Below, piece by piece: positions 53,430-64,000 of a stretch of 64,000 bases of DNA. This stretch comes from Eledone cirrhosa (Eukaryota), in contig OZ024741.1 of assembly GCA_964016885.1 (NCBI GenBank), forward strand, positions 193,874,001 to 193,938,000. The letters run 5' to 3'. The position numbers and the translations under genes were made by a program. Each line of letters opens with the position of its first letter. Within the stretch, counting starts at the first letter, position 1. The notes under the pieces are model-generated. The model saw only the letters and a list, made by a program, of their open reading frames with translations, did no database searches and was not told where the DNA came from.

Positions 53430-53821
53430 TAACAGATTAAAGATATATATATATATATAGTTAAAAGAATAGAGGTGTAACACACAAGTTATTATATATT
53501 GGTAAACGGAATAGAAAATGCTGACAAATTGTTCACAGTTGAAAAATGGTTTAATTAGGAATAAAAGAGTATTAGTGATTGTATGGGTTAGTATTCAGTT
53601 GTGGTTTTCAAACAACACGGACACTCTATCTCAAAATTATTTTTGAAAAGCATTTAGAAATGCGCAACCGGTAAAAACTTAAAAACTTAAAACCACAACT
53701 GAATACTAACCCATACAATCACTAATACTCTTTTATTCCTAATTAAACCATTTTTCAACTGTGAACAATTTGTCGGCATTTTCTATTCCGTTTACCAATA
53801 TATATATATATATATATTGGT

Positions 53822-54012
53822 AAATGTCAACTCTGGATGTCGGTGAGCCCCTACATGGACACACTAGAAGAGGAAGACCGAGGTTAACATATGTTGATGC
53901 CCTAAGGACAGACACTGGTCTGTTGGAGATGCGGGATATGGCAGCGATAATGAGGGACAGAGACCGCTGGAGAGGACTCGTCCATGGATCTCGGGAATTT
54001 TACCCGCCTTAG
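53822..54012 (+). mobile_element. RTE-clade LINE 3' end (same family as 50812)
   Basis: EPLHGHTRRGRPRLTYVDALRTDTG..HGSREFYP. Confidence 0.8.
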
Positions 54013-54014
54013 AT

Positions 54015-54077
<63 letters not shown>

Positions 54078-54254
54078 GAGGTAGATATTTAAATCATTTT
54101 TTAATTTATTTAAAGGATTGTTTAATGTTTGTTTGTTCTGCTCATCAATTTTTATAGTTCTGGTATCTCGAATTAGTACCATAGAACAACAATTATATTA
54201 TAGACACCCTATATATCTCTATGGGTACTTAGTACTCAGCGAGATATTTACCTC

Positions 54255-54302
<48 letters not shown>

Positions 54303-54304
54303 CC

Positions 54305-55193
54305 AATTGCCTTCGCATGGCTTCCTACTTCACCGAGCGTGGATATCCCCCCACCACCACCCTGATCCAAGTTGCTCTCATCCGCGCGCGTGAAACAGAC
54401 CGCCCCACAGCCCTCTCGCCTCATCCCGCCCTCCCAACACCCGCGTTCCTTTCCCTCTCACCTACCACTCCATCCTCTCTTCTGACCCCGTCACTTCTCG
54501 CTTTTTTCCAAACCTACCCATTACTGCTTTTAAGCGCGCCCGCAAGCTCCGCGGCCTCCTGATTATCATTTCCTTCTCGTCCTCTCCCACGACTCCACCC
54601 GGCTCTTATCCTTGTTCCCGTTCCCGCTGCACCCACGTTGTCTATGCCCTCCGGTGTTCCCTTTGCGGGTCTTTATACATCGGTCAAATGGGACGCCGTA
54701 TGGCGGACCGTTTTGCTGAGCATTTGAGGGTCATACGGTTCGGTTTGGATACTCCTGTCGCCCGTCATTTCTGTTCTCCTGGTCATTCTTCCCTACATGT
54801 TTCAGTCCTGGGTGTCCTTTTACATCATGGATCACAGGTCTCGCGCACCAGGCCTGAACAAAGTCTGATTCACCGCCCTGGGTCCTATTCCCCCTCTTGG
54901 AGTCATCTCACCTCCCCAATTTCTCTATTACCCCGTCCATTATCACAACCCTAGATTCCTATCGCTCTCTCATGATCATTAACATCTTCTCTTACAACTA
55001 ATACAGACCGACTAAATATGCTCACTCCACTTTTTCCTTCATTGCTCTGTATACACACATACACACCCTTATATTAACATACTTTTGCTCAAAGCTTCGT
55101 ACTTACATGCTCAAAGCTTCGTACTTACATGCACATACACTCTTTTACTTACAGTATACACACACACATTTCTTCTTAGCTTCGTACTGACGT

Positions 55194-55277
<84 letters not shown>

Positions 55278-55617
55278 CTTACGCACGTGCACAAGTATAG
55301 GTCTTTTTACAAAACGGTTTTTTTTTCCATTTCAGGTAGACACGCTCCATCATCAACTTTTCTAAAAAATAAACCATACACCAAACGCCAACACCAACAG
55401 TTTTGCATGAGATGTCAACATGAATGGACCTGTTATTTTTATCTATTTTTTCCAATTCCAACCCGCCTGTCTCCTCAATCTATTTATTTCTCATTCTTTC
55501 TTCTGATGAAGGACTAGCGTCCGAAACGTTAAGACCCTCTTCCTGCTATATCAAGCGTTAACCTAATATATCCTTCCGTATATTATACCGATTGTGTTGT
55601 TATTTCTGTTTACCTTT

Positions 55618-55620
<3 letters not shown>
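54305..55620 (+). mobile_element. PLE 3' fragment (GIY-YIG + 3' UTR with HHR); 3' UTR repeated at ~55960-56380
   Basis: F..RGYP, VVYALRC..C...YIGQ.GR..DRFAEH. Confidence 0.8.
55499..55534 (+). ncRNA. Minimal PLE-type hammerhead ribozyme
   Basis: tctt CTGATGA a ggac tagc gtcc GAAAC GTT aaga. Confidence 0.8.
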
Positions 55621-55680
<60 letters not shown>

Positions 55681-56049
55681 TCGATCACCACCTTTTAAAA
55701 CAAGAATATCTTACACAAAATTCCTGCATCAACAGTTTTCCTAGAGATGGCGACATTTTAGCAGAAAGATATTTTTGTTGTACTCGTAAGAGAAAATGTA
55801 GGGTTTTGTTATGTTTCTGATATTAACTCTCACACACTCGTCTTTCTACACCTCTACCTTCACCTAAACGAACAATAAAACACAAAACATATACCGTCTT
55901 TAAACAAGTTTTATCTCGTTTATTGTATTCTATCATATTTTAATTTCACCCTATAGTTTACTCTTGCTCATAGCTTCGTACATACAAGCACACACACTCT
56001 TTTACTTACATATACACACACATTTCTTATTAGCTTCGTCCGGACGTAT

Positions 56050-56144
<95 letters not shown>

Positions 56145-56380
56145 CATACGCACGCGCAAAAGTATAGCTCTTTTTACAAAACGGTTTTTTTTTTCATTTC
56201 AGGTAGACGCGCTCCATCATCCACTTTTCTAAAAAAATAAATCATACACAAAACGCCAGCATCAACAGTTTTCAACATGAATGGACCTGTTATTTTTATT
56301 TTAAAACATTTTTTCCAATTCCAACCCGCCCGTCCCTTCTATCTATCTTATTTCTCCTTCTTTCTTCTGATGAAGGACTG

Positions 56381-58710
56381 ATAAGAACACCCGCACAAGA
56401 GAGTACTAATAAACATGAATTAGAAAATAGCACAATGGAGAGCATCCAGCAGATAGCTAACTCTATAAACAGAAACAGCTAAAGTCATGATTATCTAGGT
56501 ATTCGGTGTCATAAGTAAGTCTAAGTAAGAGGCCCAGTTCATCTGTGTCAACGTCGCAGAACTCCACTTCACTCTCACTGATTATTTCCACACATTTTCT
56601 CACAGGAATATCAATGTCAATGGATGGGTACAGAGATACTACATCCATACCGCCTACTATGCTGCTAGTTAGGTTTTTGTTGTTGCATTCATTGAGTCTA
56701 CCGAGGTGGTCCTCTCTGCTGTCGCATATATCTGGGAGCATCTGAATTATGGGGCGTATAACCATAGAGAGGAAGTAGGAGATCCTGTAGTTACTAGCAA
56801 TATTAGCTCCGCATACAGGTCTTGTTGGAGGTCCTGTCATAGGGTCGTTAGTTGTTTTATGGTCTTTGCGGAGGCCATACAGGGGTGGTATATCGTTGTT
56901 AGACACTTGGAAGTTATTGGCTGTGCGTCTACTTGGCTTTAGGATGTCGGTCCACATCATCATGTGAGCGTTGAGGATATTCTCTCTCTCCTCATAGGAA
57001 GATGGAATGGATGGACTAAAGCCATACAGACACCCAAAAACAACGATCAGGTGAGAAAAATGGTCGCACATGCAATAGGGGCTAGTATTAAAACTACTCT
57101 AAAGGGCCATATGTTAAAATTTAACAAAAAGATCTACACCCAGAATGAGGGAGCAGCCATTTTCGTCAGCATAGCTGACGATGTTGCCAATTATTTATGG
57201 TATGGTGGGAGAGGAGACTCAGAGAATTCATAGAAGAGAACTCCATAACCCTCGTCATGTACTCTCGTTACATAGACGATATTAATATAGTAATAAGAAC
57301 ACCCCCACAAGAGAGTACTAATAAACAGGAATTAGAAAATAGCACAATGGAGAACATCCAGCAGATAGCTAACTCCATACACCATAGTATAACTATAACC
57401 GTTGACTACCCTTCCAAACACCCTAACAATAGACTACCAGTATTAGACACGGAACTCTGGTTAAACACTATAGATGAGGGGGCCCAAATTCTCCACTTAC
57501 ACTATGCTAAACCTATGGCCTCCAAATACCTGATACTCAAAAACTCAGCAATGTCCAATAGTGCTAAGTTTAATATTCTGATCGCAGACTTGGTAAGAGT
57601 GGTAAAGAATGTGTCCCGCATGTGCAACCCAACTGAAATGGAAAAACACATCCAACACTTCATCAATCGCATGCAGTTCTCTGGCTACAACCAAAGAGAC
57701 AGAATCAGAGTATACAAAGGAGCCACAGAGAATTATTAGACCCTCATAGAAATGGAGATGAAAGGAATTTGTCCATTATACAGGAGAAAATCATGGAATA
57801 GCTTAGATGGGACTAAACATAAGATAGGAAAAGCCACTTCATGGTACGACAATCAGAGTGTCATGTTCGTGGATGCTACCCCTGGAGGGAAATTAGCTAA
57901 GCAATATAGAAAGGCCCTAAGAAAGATCCATCTAAAGATTAAAGTGGTAGAAAAGACAGGAACAACCATAAAATCCCTGATCAGCAAGACATACCCCTTT
58001 AAGAAAACCCACTGTACGAATAAGAAATGTATTATATGCAGAATGAACCCCCAGATAAATTGTAAAACTAAAAATATAGTCTATAGCATACGATGTACAG
58101 AGGGTACTTGCAGGAACATGACAATAACACACATAGGTGAGACAGCTTGAAGCATAGGAGAAAGAATAGACCAACACTGGGGGGGGGTGACTAAAAGGAG
58201 GGAAAAAAACGGTTCAGTACTATATGAACACGCCAAACAAAGACATGACGGTAATAAAGACAACATAGAAATTAAAATAATATCTAAGCATAGAAATGAC
58301 TCAACAGGTAAGCAAATCAGAGAAGCAACTGAGATAGAACTAAGAAAACCAAAGTTAAATAGAAAGAACGAATAACATAACAACAACAACCACACCCAAA
58401 CAAACAATACTGACCTAAGGGAAATATAAATAAATAAATAAATATATATATACACAAGTACAATAACAACAAACGCATATAAACACACACTAGTGAACAA
58501 AGATAGAATACAAAAACAAAAACATACTCTCAAACGCAAACACACACACCAAACATGAAACACACACGCAAACAGAGACAGAGACAAGAATAAATAAATA
58601 AATTAATTAATTAAAAATGGCGTAGGCATTACAATACAACGGCGGGAAACATAGTAGTACCACTGATGATGTCACAGATGTGTGACGAAAGTACTTTGAT
58701 AGACTGTATA
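56381..58710 (+). mobile_element. PLE (RT + GIY-YIG) with inverted 5' portion
   Basis: Minus 56463-~56995: PLYGLRKDHK, RPVC, DVVSLYPSI. Plus ~57000-58375: SRYIDDI, LPVLD, NIVYSIRC, HIGET, IREATEI..KPKLN. Confidence 0.85.
58658..58701 (+). ncRNA. Minimal hammerhead at PLE 3' end
   Basis: tacca CTGATGA t gtcaca gatg tgtgac GAAA gtac TT tgata; palindromic helix III. Confidence 0.7.
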
Positions 58711-59041
58711 TATATTCATATCTGTATTTTTAACCGTTGGTCAATCAATGATAAACATTGATTGTCAGATAAATTAACTATGGAGATATAAAAGATACAG
58801 AAGCATAAGCCAACCAAACAGTAAGTGTGTTTTGTTATTATTTCTGGCAATATTATAACAATATGACTCTCCCCAAGTATAACAATATTTGTTTCAACAC
58901 ACGATTTCATATCAAAAACCTTGCAAAACAAGTATATATATATATATATATAGTAAAAAATTGAACGGGAACAAAACAGAGAGGCAGTACGAACAAAGGT
59001 TTATTAGTTTCACGCTCTTGAGAGTGGGGCGGTGGTGGGGA

Positions 59042-59073
59042 ACGACGTTTCGGGCATAAGCCCTTCTTCAGGT
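59042..59073 (-). ncRNA. Minimal hammerhead in a PLE-like 3' tail
   Basis: Minus strand: ac CTGAAGA a gggc ttat gccc GAAAC GTC gt; helix I is weak. Confidence 0.55.
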
Positions 59074-59633
59074 GAAAAGTGTGTGGGAAGAGAGTTCCAA
59101 GGGTGTGTAGGGGAGTGGTGGAGAGACATATAGAAAAAAGGGGGTGAGAGGAAACGGCACAAATGAAATTAAATATAAAAGCATAATAAAAATAAAAATA
59201 AACATGAAGTAAAACAGGTAGTGGAAGGGTGTGGGGCGTGTAGGGGTGGTGGCGGGTGGAGTGGGGAGAGGGAGGCGGGGTGTCCGAGCGGGGAGGGCTG
59301 AAGGTGGTGTGTGTGTGTAGGTGTACGTGTGTGTGTGTGTGTATGTGAAAGTAAGAGTTACGGGAAGAACGGGGTTGCATGTTCAGGAAAAGGTGTGTGT
59401 TGGGTGGGGTGTAGGTCGGTGTGTGTGTGCGTGTGTGGGTGGGGAGGGGTCAGAGGGGTAGGGGGGAGAGGATTCCGGAGGCTGAGTGTGTAAATATGTG
59501 GTGGTACGCACGTGCGTGTGGTGTTTATGCGTGTTGTGGATGTAGGTGGCGTGTGGGAAAAAATTGTTTTGGAGTGTATGTCAGTGGGTGAGTCCTTAAG
59601 GTAGTTCCGTAGAGGATGTGGTGGAATGCTGGG

Positions 59634-59718
<85 letters not shown>

Positions 59719-59844
59719 GAGAAGAAAGAAGAATACTGCGTGGTTTGCACATGGGTTACATATGATAAAAATAGTCCTTCGTCAGTGATTTTCAAATCAT
59801 CATTGGTATTTCATCGCATTAAAAATCATTTTGATACCTCAGGC

Positions 59845-62690
59845 GCAATTAACGGATCTTGTGTGGCTTTTTATTAACAATATTTTACATAGAAAAATAC
59901 CAGAGATGACCGGTGGTTTATATCGTAATGATATGCTATTGCTTATTGAAAATAATAATAATTGTGAAATCAATAGGAAAAGAAAATCAATAATACAATT
60001 TTTTAATAGCTTTAATCTTAAGGTAGAAGTAGAGAATAATTATAAAATAGTTAATTTTTTAGATGTAACTTTAAACGTTAATACTGGTCTTTATTATCCA
60101 TTTCATAAAATCAATGAGAATTTAAACTATGTTAACTGTAATTCCAATCACCAGAGATCCGTTAAAAACACTATTGTAAATTCCTTACAGCAACGTATTT
60201 CTAAAATTTCAGCGAATAAAAATATATTTGAAGATAAGACACAATATTATAACGAAGCTTTAAGTAGAGCAGGCTATAATAATGAAATTAAATACATTGA
60301 TAATAAAAATATGCCAACTAACCATAATTATAATTATAATAAGAAACCTAGCACTAACTCTAAAATTAAAAGAAGAAATAGAACTAGAAATATATTATGG
60401 TTCGCTCCCCCTTTCTCATTAAGTATTAAAACTCCAATAGCTAAACTATTTTTTAAAGCTCTAGATAAATGCTTTCCCAAGACACATAGGTATCATTCAA
60501 TCTTTAATAGACATACAATTAAACTATCATATTCTACCACTATGAATTTAGCGCAGAATATAAATAGAATTAATAATAGAAACTTAAAACTTACCAGAAT
60601 AGCATTAATACCTCTAGCAATATCCAATATAATGACACGGTTCCCAATAATATAAATTCCGATAAATGTAATTGTAGAAATAAATTTAACTGTCCTTTAA
60701 ATAATAACTGTTTAGTTAAAAATGTAGTATACAATTGCAATGTCAAAACCAATGATAATTCCTTTAACTATGTCAGCTCTACTTCGACAGACTTCAAATC
60801 TCGTTTCAATAGCCATAAATGTTCCTTTACGAATATTGGTAAAAAATCTTCAACTTCTCTATCCAACTTATTATGGAACTTAAAATCCAAGAATATAAAA
60901 TATTCTTTATCTTGGAATATTGTCTCCAAAGCACCATCCTACACAGCTCTATCCAAATTTTGCAGCTGATGCGTCGAAGAGATATTCTTTATACTAAAAA
61001 GTAAGAACTCTATTAATTTGGGTAATAATTTATTTAGTTCTTGTAAACATCGTTTAAATTCAACTTTTAGATATATATATAAAATGTAATATATGGTCAA
61101 TCTTCCTTACATAACGTTTTCTATATCCAAACACCTATAAACTCATCCCTCAGATTATATCTATATATGATTCAAGAATTTAATATATTTCTAACCTTAA
61201 TAACTTCCTAAACATATAAAATACACTTATTAAATTTTAATTTACTCCTTAAAACCTTTACTTTCTAATATTTCTACTTCATAAATATACTTTGTAATAT
61301 TACACTTATCAATCCTACCTCCAAAAAATATATTATATGACTACTTGAAATTCTTTTAAGAAAAGATTTTGAAAATTCTAAAAAATTTCCTTTGAAAGAC
61401 TTTCTGAAAATTTTTGAAAAACTTTTGGTAAAATTTTTGAAAGATCCTTTTGATACGGAAAAACCATTATTTTCATATCTTCTAATATTTTTATATCTTC
61501 CAATATTTTAAACATTTTTAATATTTATGTATGTTCATATATATCCAAATATTTATATTATTTATATATATGTGGAATAATGTATGTGTTATGTTTTAAT
61601 TATATTTTAAGATGAATTTTTATAACTTTTTATAACTTCTTATAACTTTTTAAAGAGATTTTTATCTATGCTTGGAGTCGTTTGAGTTTTTAAAAAAATC
61701 CCTTTTAACTTCCTTTAAACTTCCTTATCGTTTTTATAATCTAAATTTTTATAGTCTGAATTTATAGTCTGAATTTTTAAATGGTTTTAATATATACTTC
61801 TAATTAAGTACTTATTCCTTTGTAACCTCTCCTAAATTTTTGTAATTTTTGGAATTATTTAGATGTTTAAGGTTTGACTTACAACTATTAATAAATTCTG
61901 GCTAAATATAATTTTGCTTAACTTACTTTAATCAAATAAACTCTACTAGATTTTTTTCAACGTAAAATACTATACATTTAAATAATTTATAATCTATAAC
62001 ATAACATACCCATCTAAACCCATATATTATTAATACATCTTAATATATTTTAATTAAATTTTAATTCAATTTTTAACTAAAGTTTTTAATTAAATTCTAA
62101 CTATATTTTTTTATCCTTAATTTAATTTTTTAACTTATCATTATAAATGTTATAAACAGCATAATGAACGTTATATTTACGTTCTGAGTATTCATCCATG
62201 TAAAACTTATTTCTTCGTTCGCTTCGCTTCTCTTCACTATCACTATGCATAGTCTTGTCTTTTCTTCTCTTTTTCTCTTTCTCTTTTCTTCTCTCTCCCT
62301 TTAATTATTCTTTCTCCCTCCCTTTCAATATTTTTTTCTCTCTCCCTCTCAATATTTTTTCTCTCTCCCTCTCAATATTTTTCCCTCTCCCTTTTACATC
62401 ACCTTTCTTCCAACAGTTTAATTTAAATAAACCGTTGTTTTTTTAATTTTTCTGACACTCATTTGCATACTCACTCATAACTTTGTATCACCCTCAATAA
62501 AATATTATCTCCACTATCCAGTGAACTTCAAGGTTGTCTTTTTGTCCGGGTATGTCAATATTTATTTATAAAACAAATCTGTATTTTATCTGATGAAAGC
62601 GCACCATAATTTGCCTTGGTTGCCCTTGAAATATATATAATAAAATAATTATGGTTTTATAAATATAGTTTCCATTTATTAATATATTGT
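59845..62690 (+). mobile_element. 5'-truncated Naiad-like PLE with long AT-rich 3' UTR
   Basis: GLYRND, FLDVTLN, SNH, WFAPPF, CNC..CPL..C..NVVYNC; clear homolog of 9175-11497. Confidence 0.85.
62582..62647 (+). ncRNA. Hammerhead motif at PLE 3' end
   Basis: tattttat CTGATGA aagcgcacca..tggttgccctt GAAA tatata TA ataaaata; 8-bp helix I. Confidence 0.7.
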
Positions 62691-62709
62691 CTATATATAT
62701 TGTATATAT

Positions 62710-64000
62710 ATGTATTGCATGAGGTGGAGGTTGTTGTGTATGGACCTGGTCGGGATTGCACACGTTTGCGCTTTCCCGACCAGGCTTTCGACGACAAATG
62801 CCAGCCTCGTTGCTAGCACCTTAGCCAAAATCTTTAACTCTATGTTGAGCAGAGTTATGGGCCTGATATTGTTTACCTCGACCTCATTGTTCTCGTCTTT
62901 CCTTATCAGCGTTACTACGCCCTTGCCTGCAGAACTGGGAATTGTCCCGTTCTGCTGCCAACTGCAGTAGACGGCTTCGAGGACGCCAGAGAACAAGTCC
63001 GGCATGCCTATGTAAAACTCATAGGGTAGACCATCTAGACCGGGTGATTTGCGTTTCCCGCAGCGGACCAGAGCGTCCCGTATCTCAGTGTCTGTGATCG
63101 GTCTTTCGCAGAACTCGGTGCCCATGTTCGAGAGACGCGACAGGCCGTCGAGATATGAACCAAAGTCCATTGCCCCGTTGGGTGCACCCTCGTTCTGCTC
63201 AAACAGTCGCGCAAAGTGCTGCTGAAAGGCCGCGCACATTTGCTTGAGGTCAAGTAGCACACGTCCGTTTTGGTCTTTCAAAGACCGAATCGTGGACTTG
63301 TTGCCACTTTTCGCCTCCGCCACTCGGGCCCAGCTAACAGCTTTTGCTCCTTCGTTTCCTAGAGCACGTGATTTACTTCTGACCACACAGCCTTCGTGTT
63401 TCGCGTCGAAGAACTGGTCTAGTGCCTTTCTCGATGCTAGCACTCTAGCTACGTTGCCACTCCTAAACGCCTCCTCTACCTTGGCTACTAGTTCTGTTTC
63501 TATTTTGTTTTTCTCTAAAGCTAATTCTCTGCTAAACTCTATCGATTCTACTCTAATTGCTCTCTTGAGAGAGTACCACCATCTATTGTTGACGATGGCT
63601 CCCGTCAACTGTTGTTTAACTAATCTACTTATCCGTTCACTGTAGGCTTTACGTGCCGGCAACGACACGTTCAGCTTCCAGTATCCGAGTCCTTGTCTAT
63701 GTATTCTACCACGGTTGACTATGCAGACGACTAGTTTGTGATCTGAATAGGCAACCATGTGCATTTGTGGACAGCTTGACATTTTCTTGTCCCTCTCTCT
63801 AATGAAGAACCTATCTAAATACGATCTAGATGTCCCGCTGCGGTTTGCCCACGTCCACTGTGGTGCAGTCGGGAAATCCAGTCGATACCTATCGGCCAGT
63901 TGGAATTGGCCGATTAAATTTTTGAGGCTGTTGCATCCCCCTCTACTGGGACATGATCCTACATAGTCCCATCGTGCATCTAGGATAGCCTTCCAGTCCC
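62710..64000 (-). mobile_element. L1/Tx1-clade LINE ORF2 fragment (APE C-terminus, linker, RT N-terminus)
   Basis: YSDHK, GYWKLN, KSPGLDGLPYEFY, RPITLLNIELKILAKVL. Confidence 0.9.

Overview
AT-rich, microsatellite-dense eukaryotic DNA, almost entirely transposon-derived. The tRNA-derived Nin/Deu-type and CORE-type SINEs suggest an invertebrate, probably an octopod cephalopod (inference). The only convincing host CDS is a 103-aa single-pass membrane protein with an InaF (TRP-interacting helix) motif at 43179-43490 (-). The standout feature is a 5.8-kb array of about 18.7 near-identical 310-bp units (43966-49772). Each unit carries, on the minus strand, a type-I hammerhead ribozyme (HHR) with a palindromic helix III, clamped by a perfect 16-bp helix: a candidate non-LTR retrozyme / circRNA-producing satellite. 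It lies about 450 bp upstream of, and sense to, the InaF-motif exon. A diverged ~319-bp relative with the same architecture but a different sequence lies at 42195-42605. The window also holds a near-intact Penelope-like element (RT + GIY-YIG) with HHR-bearing pseudo-LTRs, about a dozen further HHR motifs (many with greatly enlarged helix II), a degenerate HDV-like ribozyme, two non-autonomous LTR elements (one with a 79-bp flanking duplication), stacked Tx1/L1 and Dong/R4 LINE fragments, CR1, RTE, mariner, Helitron and MITE remnants. All ribozyme calls are by eye from sequence and base-pairing; none is tested.
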